64,000 nucleotides of DNA from NCBI GenBank assembly GCA_002788675.1, contig PFRS01000005.1, forward strand, positions 3,731 to 67,730. The letters run 5' to 3'. Source of the stretch: Candidatus Pacebacteria bacterium CG_4_9_14_0_2_um_filter_40_15 (GTDB lineage: Bacteria > Patescibacteriota > Microgenomatia > UBA1400 > PJMF01). The position numbers were made by a program, and so were the translations under genes. Position 1 is the first letter of the stretch, and every line of letters starts with the position of its first letter. The notes under the pieces are model-generated. The model did not search any database and was not told where the DNA came from. It was given only the letters and a program-made list of their open reading frames with translations. This document shows, in pieces, positions 8,167-18,015 of the stretch.

Positions 8167-10452
8167 TTAGCTGCTTTTTGATCTATCCCAGTCCCGAAGA
8201 GTTACAATTGGAGTGAGTTGGCACTTTTGCTCTTTTGCCAGCCGAATAGCCTGATTTGCATCGAAAAGCACTTGCTTTTTTCCTTCTGAATCGACGAGTA
8301 AAAAACGAACATTCATGTTTCGGTCATGCGGATGTCCATGAACAATACCATGAGCTTTTAGTTCCAAGTTAATGTAGTAATATTGACTCGTTAAGTGATC
8401 TATCAGTGATTGTTCCTTGTAGTCAAGGTATTGATTAACCTGCGCTCCGCCAAATACCTCTCTAAAAGAAGTATCTTCAGAAAGGCCAGTTATAGGTTTT
8501 TCTAAAATACGTGGATTTTCTAGAATAGCTTTAGGGTTATCGTTAAGTTCTTGATAGAAACCCATATTGATAAATTCAGGTATGGCTTGGCAGGCCTCTT
8601 TATAGGAAGCTAGTTTCTCGTTTGATTGTCCAAACTGATATCTTTTCTCTCTCACATGCAAATCAGTTCTAAACTGTATTTTAGGCGGGAATGCTCCTTT
8701 TTTAATGTAAATATAGGCTATTGAATCTTCTTTTTTTAGCTCAAATCGTTGCCAACCAAACGCAAACTCTTTACGTGTCTCTTTTACAATGGGCAGCAAG
8801 GCAATTTGTTCATGAAGATATGGCCCAACTTGCGTGTTAGTCGAAATGGTATCAAGATCCAATGGTTTGCGAACCTCAGAGCGAAGATGTGAAAGTATTT
8901 CAGCCACTTTATCCTTAAATGAGGGATCATCTAATAATTTCCAACAAATCATAAACTCTGGCCCTGTAATTGGTGCTTTTGAGAGTGACTTAGAGAGTGA
9001 ATCGAAAACCTGCATTGTATTCTCAATTTTTGCTTCTTTGATGCACTCAGCAAGAAGAGAGGCTTGAAATTGGTTGAGGTTTTTTAAGTCTGTTGGGATT
9101 GTCAAAATAGTAGGAATTATTTCAGGCCGACTTATGCAAAACCCTTCAAGTAGCTTGGTTGCTCCATCGGAAAGATCTAAAATTGATGTGGGTTGTATAG
9201 TTGCAAGCATACTTTCGGTAAACTCTGAAGTAGTTTTCCTTAAAATAGTGTCGATGTTGTGTGGAATTTTAGTGAGATCAAGTGGACCTTGTAGTTTTTC
9301 TAGGAGTTCTGCTTTTTTTGAGAATCCTCTGTGTGACAAGATTGAATTCAGAACAAGCACACCACCAAGACTTAGTTCAGAAATGGGGAGTGTATTTGGT
9401 ATCGATGCTACAACTGTATCGGCAACGTTTTCATCATCAGTGTTTTTTTGGGAATACTCTGCCTCTCTTAATACGTTGAGTAAAAGTTCAGCACCTGCAC
9501 TTTCGATTGTGGTAAGATCTGTCAAAGCAAGGTATTGGTTCAAAAGTTTTGGAGCTTGCTCTGGTCTGTAGGGTAAGCAATTTGATATGACCTGTTTACA
9601 TCCTTCATTTGGAGCATTAAGTGAGCTCGGAAAGATCATCCTACTTGATATCTCTCGTATTGAAACACCATATATTGAGATTACAAAATCCCAGGCTGCT
9701 CGAGTTGGTCGCGAAAAGTCAAAAAGTTCGGGCAGTTTTTCGTAGAGTATCGATGAATTCCGTGTTCGTTGGGCAATCTTCCTGTCTTGAACTGCTAATT
9801 GAATGACAGTTTGGCTACTGCTCTCTGAGAGTTGAGCAATGTTAATGGGAGCTGACAGTTTTTCTAAGAATGTGGCGGCAATACTCGTGTCTTTGAGAGC
9901 GCTACTCCAAGCATAATCATCCATTTGTCGAAACCCGCCTAGATCAATGGAATCTATTTTAGCCAAAAATCTCTCAGTGTTTTGTAAAGAGCTTGAGTCT
10001 GCTTTAATAAAATGACCCAAAGCTGATACTTCTTCAGGAGATAGAGTGTCTGGGAGCAGAGAAAGTACGTGATCTGCGCAGGCTTCATCAATCCCAATAC
10101 AGTAGTTTAGGAGATTAAAACCCCACCGTGAAAGAGCAAGAAGATCTATCTTTGAAGGCAACGCAGCAATAACTTCAGACATTCGTTGCTCACCGAAATA
10201 TTGTTGAATGCTTTTTTGGTATCGCTCAATTATTGTGTAATTGGCAGTAAGGTCTAACTCCGCTGGAAGTTGCAGGTCTTCAGTTGTTGTGACTGGTTTA
10301 GTCGCTTCTAACTCAGTACTTTCTGAAGCCCATTCAGCAAGAACTGCTTGAGTCTTTGCTTGAATTTCGTTGTCAGTTAAAACAGCACCTTTGTCAACTT
10401 TGGGAAAAGCCATTCGTATGTCAAGTATTGTTGGTTGTGCTTCTTGCATCAC
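8167..10452 (-). CDS. Large helical-repeat protein with C-terminal atypical protein-kinase-like domain
   Basis: 761 aa ORF with imperfect ~35-40 aa Leu-rich repeats; the C-terminus has YIYIKKG, HGIVHGHPHDRNMNV and LRDWD. Confidence 0.6.
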   Translation of the reverse strand: MMQEAQPTILDIRMAFPKVDKGAVLTDNEIQAKTQAVLAEWASESTELEATKPVTTTEDLQLPAELDLTANYTIIERYQKSIQQYFGEQRMSEVIAALPSKIDLLALSRWGFNLLNYCIGIDEACADHVLSLLPDTLSPEEVSALGHFIKADSSSLQNTERFLAKIDSIDLGGFRQMDDYAWSSALKDTSIAATFLEKLSAPINIAQLSESSSQTVIQLAVQDRKIAQRTRNSSILYEKLPELFDFSRPTRAAWDFVISIYGVSIREISSRMIFPSSLNAPNEGCKQVISNCLPYRPEQAPKLLNQYLALTDLTTIESAGAELLLNVLREAEYSQKNTDDENVADTVVASIPNTLPISELSLGGVLVLNSILSHRGFSKKAELLEKLQGPLDLTKIPHNIDTILRKTTSEFTESMLATIQPTSILDLSDGATKLLEGFCISRPEIIPTILTIPTDLKNLNQFQASLLAECIKEAKIENTMQVFDSLSKSLSKAPITGPEFMICWKLLDDPSFKDKVAEILSHLRSEVRKPLDLDTISTNTQVGPYLHEQIALLPIVKETRKEFAFGWQRFELKKEDSIAYIYIKKGAFPPKIQFRTDLHVREKRYQFGQSNEKLASYKEACQAIPEFINMGFYQELNDNPKAILENPRILEKPITGLSEDTSFREVFGGAQVNQYLDYKEQSLIDHLTSQYYYINLELKAHGIVHGHPHDRNMNVRFLLVDSEGKKQVLFDANQAIRLAKEQKCQLTPIVTLRDWDRSKSS

Positions 10453-10525
10453 GCATAATCATAGCAAGTGGAGTGAGTAAAAACAATCTGGTTAGTGTTT
10501 TTGCAGCAGGGTTATTCTAGTCAAT

Positions 10526-10556
10526 AAATAAAACACCCGCCGGTGAGGGCGGGTGT
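10526..10556 (-). terminator. Intrinsic terminator of fcl
   Basis: Perfect 9-bp stem ACACCCGCC/GGCGGGTGT (10533-10556), followed by TTTATTT on the minus strand. Confidence 0.8.
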
Positions 10557-10589
10557 AGTATTTGTGTTAAAAATAATTCTTGGTGGGGA

Positions 10590-11528
10590 TTATTTAGCCT
10601 GGGAGCGATACCACTCTACAGTCTTCTTAAGACCTTTTGCGAAAGTAACTTCAGACACAAATCCAAAGCCTTGCTCAGCCCTGCTGGTATTTATTTTTCG
10701 ACGTGGTTGACCATCTGGTTTGCTGGTATCAAAAATGACTTTGCCAGAATATCCTACTGCATCTCCAATAGTGTGAGCCAGCTCGGCGATACTAATTTCA
10801 AAATTTGATCCTAAATTTACTGGTTCAGGGCTGTTGTAGTGCTTGGTTGCTAAGACTATGGCTCGAGCTGCATCTTCAACAAATAAAAATTCTCGTGTAG
10901 GAGCACCAGTACCCCAGACAGTAACCTCTGAAGCGTTAGCATCCTTAGCTTCAACAAATTTGCGAATAAGTGCAGGAATAACATGTGAAGATTCTGGGTT
11001 AAAGTTATCTTTTGGCCCATACAGATTTGTTGGCAGTAAGTAGATGGCTGGATAGTTGTATTGATCTTGATATGCCTGTGACTGTACTAGTAACATTTTC
11101 TTAGCCAGACCATAGGGTGCATTTGTTTCTTCTGGATAGCCATTCCAAAGGTCTTCTTCTTTAAAAGGTACAGGAGTGTACTTTGGGTATGCACAGATCG
11201 TACCAATACCAACGAATTTTTTAACACCGGCTTTGTAGGATTCATGAAGAACATGAGTTCCCATTAAAAGGTTGTCATAAAAAAGTTCAGCAGGATGTTC
11301 TTGATTGTAGCCAATACCACCTACATTTGCGGCTAAATGGATAACTACATCGGCATTTGCAACTACTTTGGCAGCATCTTGCTTTTTACGAAGATCAAAT
11401 TCACTGCTGCGAGGCACCACAATTTCTGCTGGTTTTTCTTTTTGAAGTTCGGCTACTAAGTGTGAGCCCAGAAAGCCTGCACCTCCGGTAACTACGATTC
11501 GTTTGTTTTTGAGTGAAAATTCTTTCAT
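10590..11528 (-). CDS. fcl: GDP-L-fucose synthase
   Basis: VTGGAGFLG, HLAANVGGIGYN, GTICAYPK, GYPEETNAPYGLAKK, PTNLYGP, SHVIPALIRK, WGTGAPTREF, KPDGQPRR. Start reassigned to ATG 11528 (AGGA upstream). Confidence 0.93.
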   Translation of the reverse strand: MKEFSLKNKRIVVTGGAGFLGSHLVAELQKEKPAEIVVPRSSEFDLRKKQDAAKVVANADVVIHLAANVGGIGYNQEHPAELFYDNLLMGTHVLHESYKAGVKKFVGIGTICAYPKYTPVPFKEEDLWNGYPEETNAPYGLAKKMLLVQSQAYQDQYNYPAIYLLPTNLYGPKDNFNPESSHVIPALIRKFVEAKDANASEVTVWGTGAPTREFLFVEDAARAIVLATKHYNSPEPVNLGSNFEISIAELAHTIGDAVGYSGKVIFDTSKPDGQPRRKINTSRAEQGFGFVSEVTFAKGLKKTVEWYRSQAK

Positions 11529-11603
11529 AATCCTTTTGCTTTTCTGCTTTATTCTAGAGAGAAACAAAGATTATTTCAACCTCAGCTCATATTTTTGACT
11601 TAT

Positions 11604-11632
11604 TTGACAGAAAAGTCCATATAGAATATAAT
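11604..11632 (+). promoter_or_regulatory. Perfect-consensus sigma70 promoter
   Basis: TTGACA (11604-11609), 17-nt spacer, TATAAT (11627-11632). Confidence 0.85.
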
Positions 11633-11723
11633 ACCGGCTCATTGGCTCGTTGCTTTTGCAGTAACATTTTTTGCCAATGTGTTTATTAACAATTCAAATC
11701 ACAACAAAAAAATGGAGTGAACA

Positions 11724-13190
11724 GTGAAGAAAGAAAAAAAACCTTGGGTGCGCATTAGTGCATCAGTTTTCCTATTGGCAGTATACGGCATTTTTATGCT
11801 GTTATACATGCCACAGGCTCGCCTGTACCAAGCGGCCGCAAGCGTAGGTCAGTTTTCTGATTCTATCGCAGAAAATGCATGGGCCTTAACAATGGCCCAA
11901 AACAATATCCCAGCGATTATCGCTAATGTACTAGTCTTTGGAGGGCTAGCAATTATGTGGATTCCATTCTTCGTAAAGAAATGGCGAAATAGCCGTTCTT
12001 CAGGGACAACTACACTGTTGTCTTTAGTCTTACTCATTGTTGCAGTCGGATTAGCTAGCTGTAAACCATACAAAGGCACCTCAATTGTTGAGGTTCAACC
12101 GAATCAAACGGCCTACTTGTTACCCGCTCAGGGAGATACAAGTGCCCAAGAGCAATTTGATTCCGTGCAGTATCTGAGTGACAATCAGGTTGCCTCAAAA
12201 ATCATCGAAATACACTATTCCGAACACAAAATCGGTCGTATGTATTGGAATATTGATTTTGTTCCAAAAGAAATCGTTATCCTCGTTGATCGCTCGCCAG
12301 TATTTCGCCAATGGACATACGTCCCCGAAAACGGTGCAGTTAATGCTATTAACGATTCAAATCGAAAAACAGCGGCTATACCCTTAGAGAGCCAAGAAAG
12401 TATTGGCTTTTGGCATGGGGTAGTTATAAATGCAGTCATCGAAGAACAGAATTCCGCTAAGTTCTTGTACTACTTTGGTGGTGTCGGCCGTGACCCAGAC
12501 GAAATTGGCACGGGAGTTCATTTACAGGTAGGTCTAGAACAGGTCATAGATGAATTTGTCCGTGGCTGGGTCAGCGATCGTTTATATGCTGACTTCAAAG
12601 CACTTTCCCTGGAGGGTGGCCAAGCTGATGCGGGAACAATATTCGCAAATGTAGAGAGTGATGCCAAGGTTTACTTTGAGGATTACGGCATTACCATTTT
12701 ACAACTTGGTGGAATTGGTGGTCTAGTTTATGACAATCCTGACGTTCAGGATGTTATCGATGACAAGTTTGAGCGTGCGGCAGTTGCCACTGCTGCAGCT
12801 ATTACAAACAAGACCAATACCGATAGAGGCCAGGCCGAAGCAACGCAGACTGTAATTGCCGCGAACGCACAAGCTGAATCGCTGGCATTACAAGGTATTG
12901 AGTTGGGAAAATATCCCAGCTTGGTGGCATATGAAATTGCCACGCATGCTACAGGAGAAGTTCCAGACATGTTCTTTTACTCAGTGGGTGCAGATCAGGA
13001 TACCGGACAGTCAGTTGATGGCGGCTTACTACCCTTCCCGTTCTTCTTGAACTATCCAGTTGGAGATGGCACCACGGGTGTTGATGCTTCTCTACTTCCT
13101 GAGGCATTACAGCCGGAAGGACCAGTGGAGCCAACATCAGCTCCATCACCTTCGGCTATGCCTGTTGAAACAGAAACACCAACACCGTAG
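11724..13190 (+). CDS. Membrane protein with SPFH/band-7-like domain and Pro/Ser/Thr-rich tail
   Basis: Three N-terminal TM helices ending in LASC, then IVEVQPNQTAYLLP, IPLESQESIGF and FEDYGITILQLG (SPFH-like), an Ala/Glu/Gln coiled segment and a PST-rich C-terminus; GGAG RBS before GTG. Confidence 0.6.
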   Translation: MKKEKKPWVRISASVFLLAVYGIFMLLYMPQARLYQAAASVGQFSDSIAENAWALTMAQNNIPAIIANVLVFGGLAIMWIPFFVKKWRNSRSSGTTTLLSLVLLIVAVGLASCKPYKGTSIVEVQPNQTAYLLPAQGDTSAQEQFDSVQYLSDNQVASKIIEIHYSEHKIGRMYWNIDFVPKEIVILVDRSPVFRQWTYVPENGAVNAINDSNRKTAAIPLESQESIGFWHGVVINAVIEEQNSAKFLYYFGGVGRDPDEIGTGVHLQVGLEQVIDEFVRGWVSDRLYADFKALSLEGGQADAGTIFANVESDAKVYFEDYGITILQLGGIGGLVYDNPDVQDVIDDKFERAAVATAAAITNKTNTDRGQAEATQTVIAANAQAESLALQGIELGKYPSLVAYEIATHATGEVPDMFFYSVGADQDTGQSVDGGLLPFPFFLNYPVGDGTTGVDASLLPEALQPEGPVEPTSAPSPSAMPVETETPTP

Positions 13191-13236
13191 CCATAGTTGA
13201 AAATTTAAGCTAAAAATAGTGTGATTTGAATTGATT

Positions 13237-13263
13237 TAACCCCTGCACTCTGTGTAGGGGTTA
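13237..13263. terminator. Terminator hairpin between convergent genes
   Basis: TAACCCCTGCAC-TCT-GTGTAGGGGTTA. Confidence 0.75.
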
Positions 13264-13269
13264 TTCATT

Positions 13270-14046
13270 TTACTTCATCACCCTATACGCCATCACAATA
13301 AGCGTGGCATGAATCTTATGAATGAATCGTATTACAGGTGATTTCACATATTTCACAACAAGTTCATGCTCTTCATTGAACTGCTTTTCGTAGAGTGCAC
13401 CACCTTTTGAGCTCCCGTGGATTCTAAACAGTGAGAAGTGAGAATTAAGCACATGGAGTGGATACTTTGCCATGGCACGCATCCAATAATCAAAATCCAT
13501 GCAAAAATGCAAATTTTCATCAAACATGCCGATATCTTCCATCAGCTCTTTACGCCAAAAAGTACTTGGTTGAATAATATAGTTTGCAATCGATAAACGC
13601 ATCATTGTTGGCTTTTGACGTAACCATGTTTTGTAATTAGCTACAAAGCTTTGTATTTTATTGCCATCAGCATCAATAATAAAGTAGTCACCAGTAGCCC
13701 ACATTGCTTCAGGATGTTGCATGAAGTATTCAGCCACTGTATTTAGAGTATTTGGCAAAAAAACATCATCACTATTAAGGTAACAAATAATGTCGCCAGT
13801 AGACTTTATAATTCCCTGATTTATTGCGTCTGTTTGGCCTTTGTCCTTTTTTGAAACCCAAGTAAACTTTTTGCCATATGATTTTAGAATCTTAACAGTG
13901 CCGTCTGTTGATCCACCATCCATAACGATGTACTCTAGATTTGGATAATTCTGGTTGAGCACACTCTCAATAGTTTCTTTAATGAAGTGGCCTTGGTTGT
14001 AGCTTGGGGTGATGACAGTAATTTTGGGGAAAGTTATTTTTTTCAT
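13270..14046 (-). CDS. GT2 family glycosyltransferase (WfgS/WcaE-like)
   Basis: ITVITPSYNQGHFI, MDGGSTDGT, DKGQTDAINQG, YLNSDD, QPSTFWR, MDFDYW. Confidence 0.92.
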   Translation of the reverse strand: MKKITFPKITVITPSYNQGHFIKETIESVLNQNYPNLEYIVMDGGSTDGTVKILKSYGKKFTWVSKKDKGQTDAINQGIIKSTGDIICYLNSDDVFLPNTLNTVAEYFMQHPEAMWATGDYFIIDADGNKIQSFVANYKTWLRQKPTMMRLSIANYIIQPSTFWRKELMEDIGMFDENLHFCMDFDYWMRAMAKYPLHVLNSHFSLFRIHGSSKGGALYEKQFNEEHELVVKYVKSPVIRFIHKIHATLIVMAYRVMK

Positions 14047-14117
14047 AACTATTATTCTACTACAGGGCAGTATTATTTGTTCAAGTAGTCTAAATATTAG
14101 AATTACGATATACTAAG

Positions 14118-15677
14118 TTGGTGAATAAAATAGCAAAAATACTCTCAACATATATACTTTTCAAAACAATTAAAAAGTACTGGTTCCTCATTTCTTTTCT
14201 CTGTCTCACCACTTTAGCAATTATTCTTCGCTGGTACCCAATTCACGGCGGTCTGTTTACTTTTGAATATGATATGGCCAAAGATTCATTAATCATGCTT
14301 GAAATGTATCAATATAAAGATCCAAGTCTGGTTGGTCCAACTACCAGTATCCCTGGTTTATTTTATGGTCCTGCATGGTACTACATTGCTCTGATTCCAA
14401 ATATTCTTATGAACTTTACACCCTTTGCTGGGGTTATTGTTGTTTGGCTTGGTGTTGCGATAAATATATATCTCTTCAAAAAGTATGTGGGCACCTTTGA
14501 GGCGTTCTTGTATGCCGTTTCGAGTGGGCTTATTGGAGCACAACAAAATGCTTGGACTCCGTATATGACTACACTCATTATTGGGCCATTACTGATAGTA
14601 CTTACCAAAATAAAAAGTAATAAAAAAATCGACACTGTACAATTGGAGCTTGTTGCGGCACTGACGTCACTGCTTTTCCATTTTCAACCTGCTTATGGAA
14701 TTGTAGCAATTCCAGTTGTATTAGCCTCTCTTGTAGTTAAAAAAATACGTCCATCAATGAAACAAATAGGTATAGCACTCGGTGTCTTTTCTGCCTCTTT
14801 TGTCCCGTTCGTATTGTTTGAAATTAAAAATAACTTTATTCAATCAAAGTCATTACTCGCCTTTATTCAGAACTTTGGTACTGAGTCTAGTGTTATCGAA
14901 CCAAATGCAACGGGTATTGGTCGATTGGGTGAAGTTGCTTCAGAAATTGTTACAACTGCAGGTCAGGCGCTTTCACCCATTCATCCTAACTTCTGGTATG
15001 GCCTACTTATAGTCCTGATTACACTTCTCTATCTTAAACATCACAAAAATAGAGATGAATCTCTTCCTGTTCTCTATTTCATAGTTGGAACATTCCTTTT
15101 ATACCTTGTTTTACCAGTTAAAGCGTACTATCTCGTTGCTTTGATGCCTGTGTGGATCTATGCAGTTGGTGGTTATTTCACAGGAATTAAAAGTATATTT
15201 AAACCTGCAATTATGTTCTTTTTTCTTGTTTTAGCAATCTTGCATGCTGGATGGCAACGACAAACCTATCTTGATTTGGCAAACAGAACAGCGGATTTAT
15301 ACCAGCCTAAACAAATTGCAGTTGATACTGTCTATGACATGGCAAATGGGGCTGAATTTAGTTCGTATCAATTTGTGCCACAAGTGTATGACTATACCTA
15401 TCAATACATCTTCTTAAATAAAATTCGTCAGGGAGCTCAGATTCCAGCTGAATTTAGTTATGCTCCAGAAAAGACTGACTACAATACGTATAAACATATT
15501 GACGCAATCCAAACTGATTCAGAGTTAGTTTTCTTGATAGTTGAAAAACCGCACTATCAAAATGTACAAGACGAGTGGTGGGATGCTATTACCTCAGAGC
15601 TAACTATTGTTGATACAGTCAATATCTCGGACGCCATAACCGTGTATAAAGCATATAAGAATGAGAGCTCAAGATGA
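14118..15677 (+). CDS. GT-C fold (ArnT/PMT_2-like) membrane glycosyltransferase
   Basis: After TM1: FEYDMAKD...LVGPTTSIPGLFYGPAWYY; about 11-12 TM; periplasmic C-terminal domain. Likely start GTG 14121. Confidence 0.8.
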   Translation: MVNKIAKILSTYILFKTIKKYWFLISFLCLTTLAIILRWYPIHGGLFTFEYDMAKDSLIMLEMYQYKDPSLVGPTTSIPGLFYGPAWYYIALIPNILMNFTPFAGVIVVWLGVAINIYLFKKYVGTFEAFLYAVSSGLIGAQQNAWTPYMTTLIIGPLLIVLTKIKSNKKIDTVQLELVAALTSLLFHFQPAYGIVAIPVVLASLVVKKIRPSMKQIGIALGVFSASFVPFVLFEIKNNFIQSKSLLAFIQNFGTESSVIEPNATGIGRLGEVASEIVTTAGQALSPIHPNFWYGLLIVLITLLYLKHHKNRDESLPVLYFIVGTFLLYLVLPVKAYYLVALMPVWIYAVGGYFTGIKSIFKPAIMFFFLVLAILHAGWQRQTYLDLANRTADLYQPKQIAVDTVYDMANGAEFSSYQFVPQVYDYTYQYIFLNKIRQGAQIPAEFSYAPEKTDYNTYKHIDAIQTDSELVFLIVEKPHYQNVQDEWWDAITSELTIVDTVNISDAITVYKAYKNESSR

Positions 15678-17281
15678 GACAAATACTAGTTGTTATTTCA
15701 AATACATTTTCATATTTTCAAAAGCTCTCACTTCGTGACTGGATTCTTATTGGATTGATTTCATTGTTCGGATTATATTTAAGAGTATGGCCTGGAACTG
15801 ATCACCTAATCTGGGATTATGATCAAGCTCGAGATTCTATTGTAATTAGAAGTATTATTGGAGAAAGAAACCCAATTATTGTTGGTCCACAAACAGAGTT
15901 TTTTGGACTGAACCATGGTCCACTCTATTATTACTTTGCAGCACCTTTCTATCATTTTGCTCAGTGGAATCCAAACATCCTAATGTATGCAATGATTGTC
16001 TTAAATTTAAGTACTATTATTCCGCTAGCTTTATTAGTTCATGAGCTGTTTAAGGATAAACGACTTACTCTTTTGGCGGTGTTTCTCTTTGCTCTTGCCT
16101 ATCAACAGGTTGAGTATGCTCGCTGGTTATCAAATGTTTCCATCACTATCCCAATGCTTGGCTGGATGTACTACTTTCTTTGGAAAACTCTTGCAGATAA
16201 TAAAAGAGCACTTTTTACAGGTCTGTTCACTGGTTTAGCAATTCAAGGTGAATTCTTTTTAATTTTTCTTATCGCTCTCTGTTATGTGCTTTTTTATTTG
16301 TATGGTGTTTCATTTAAATCAATACTTAAGTATCATATTGGATTAGCCTTGGGCATGAGTTCATTCATTATTGCTGAAATCAAGTTTGGCTTCTTAGGCA
16401 GTAGTACTTTTCTTTCTCAATTTGTAGGTAGTCATTCTGACAGAATCAATTTAGCAGGTCAGGCTTTTTCAAAATATCTCGATCATCTAGGTATGACAAT
16501 TAGCCAGAATGTATTCGGAGTTACTCCTGCTATGGGTCTGTGGGGTTTAATTGCGGGAGGTGTAGTCTTACTATTCTTATGGAAACATATTGTGCAACGA
16601 AACAATCAAAAACAAATATATTACGTTTTAGCACTTTTGTTTGCACACAGCTTTTTAATGACCTTTCACTTTGTTGATGCAGTCTTTTTGAATCTTTCTA
16701 TTATTCTGCCAATAATTATTTTCTTTGCTGTGATCATATGGATTCTCTATGTTGATGGCTACACATTTGCTGCTTTTGGACTTGTGGCGGTGATTATTTT
16801 TTCTCAGCTCTTTCAGCTAAAATCTAACGTTGAAAAGAATGCACCATTACAACTGTACAACTTCCATCAATCAGCGATATTACTTTCACAAAAGAAGGAG
16901 CTTGTTAAGAAAGTATATGAGCTCGGTGGTGATTCATTTACTTTTGGCGTTATGGGAACGCCGTACGGTGTGCAGACTGTATGGGCAACTACATTTGAAA
17001 ACTATCTTTCGGAAAATCCTTCACTCATTAAACCTAATTGGTATGGATATTTAGCTGAAGGCTATCCAGCAGATGGATATTTTACCAAAGTTGATCATCC
17101 CGGTAGTAATCACATCTTGGTGATCGAGAACAATTCAGATGTATTTATTAGTCCTTTCATATATACTCAATATATGGAAACGGTTAATGAATCCACTGTC
17201 CTTATCCGTGAAGAAGAATTAGATGGATTTAAAATTCAGCTTAGAAAACCTAAACAAGCAGTAATTCAAATAGAAAGATAA
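15674..17281 (+). CDS. GT-C fold (ArnT/PMT_2-like) membrane glycosyltransferase, paralogue of 14118
   Basis: WDYDQARD...IVGPQTEFFGLNHGPLYYY; ATGA overlap with the upstream gene. Confidence 0.8.
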   Translation: MRQILVVISNTFSYFQKLSLRDWILIGLISLFGLYLRVWPGTDHLIWDYDQARDSIVIRSIIGERNPIIVGPQTEFFGLNHGPLYYYFAAPFYHFAQWNPNILMYAMIVLNLSTIIPLALLVHELFKDKRLTLLAVFLFALAYQQVEYARWLSNVSITIPMLGWMYYFLWKTLADNKRALFTGLFTGLAIQGEFFLIFLIALCYVLFYLYGVSFKSILKYHIGLALGMSSFIIAEIKFGFLGSSTFLSQFVGSHSDRINLAGQAFSKYLDHLGMTISQNVFGVTPAMGLWGLIAGGVVLLFLWKHIVQRNNQKQIYYVLALLFAHSFLMTFHFVDAVFLNLSIILPIIIFFAVIIWILYVDGYTFAAFGLVAVIIFSQLFQLKSNVEKNAPLQLYNFHQSAILLSQKKELVKKVYELGGDSFTFGVMGTPYGVQTVWATTFENYLSENPSLIKPNWYGYLAEGYPADGYFTKVDHPGSNHILVIENNSDVFISPFIYTQYMETVNESTVLIREEELDGFKIQLRKPKQAVIQIER

Positions 17282-17283
17282 AT

Positions 17284-18015
17284 ATGGGAGAATTTACATC
17301 GCAAGCAGAAGCATTTAATCCAAAAACAGAAAATACTACAGCTAGAGCAGAATTATCACTCGATGAGGAAATGGCTGATGCACTTTCCTTATTTGATTCA
17401 GCTAAAAATTTGACTGAACTAATGGGACTGTTTAACACACTATCTGTAAAAAAAGCCTTTTATGACTTAACGCTTTCTCATCGCTCAATTCTTAGTCGAC
17501 TGAACACTACTATAGGAAATATGCAACGAGGGGATACCATTAACCATGATGCAACTGCAGCTATGTTTCCACAATTTATGCAACCTTTAGTAAAGTCCTG
17601 CATTCATGGTGAGGCAGTATTAATAGCTGAACAAAATGTTGAAGCTGAGAGGAATAAACAAAAACTTGAATTAAATTTTCAACAGTTGGTCAATATCGTT
17701 ACAGGCCAAAATACAGATGAAAGCGCTCTGATTACTGCAATAGGTTTGCTAAAAAATATGGGTGATTACAGAGGTCCAAATAACGGCGTTGCGTATTCAA
17801 TGCCAAGATTAGCAACAGTTGTTGAAGAACAAATGAGGATAGCACTTACTAATGAAATGAGAGGTGATGCAAACACAGTTGAAAATGTGAGGAGAAATCT
17901 TTTAAATGAAATTCCTGAATTACGGGACCCTAAATTAGGAGATAAGGCGTCACTGCTATTCTTTTCTAGTGCAATATCAACCTATGGACGTCTTAGAGCA
18001 AACGGCAGAACTTAA
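17284..18015 (+). CDS. Hypothetical soluble helical protein
   Basis: 243 aa ORF starting 2 nt after the upstream stop; no motif recognised. Confidence 0.65.
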   Translation: MGEFTSQAEAFNPKTENTTARAELSLDEEMADALSLFDSAKNLTELMGLFNTLSVKKAFYDLTLSHRSILSRLNTTIGNMQRGDTINHDATAAMFPQFMQPLVKSCIHGEAVLIAEQNVEAERNKQKLELNFQQLVNIVTGQNTDESALITAIGLLKNMGDYRGPNNGVAYSMPRLATVVEEQMRIALTNEMRGDANTVENVRRNLLNEIPELRDPKLGDKASLLFFSSAISTYGRLRANGRT

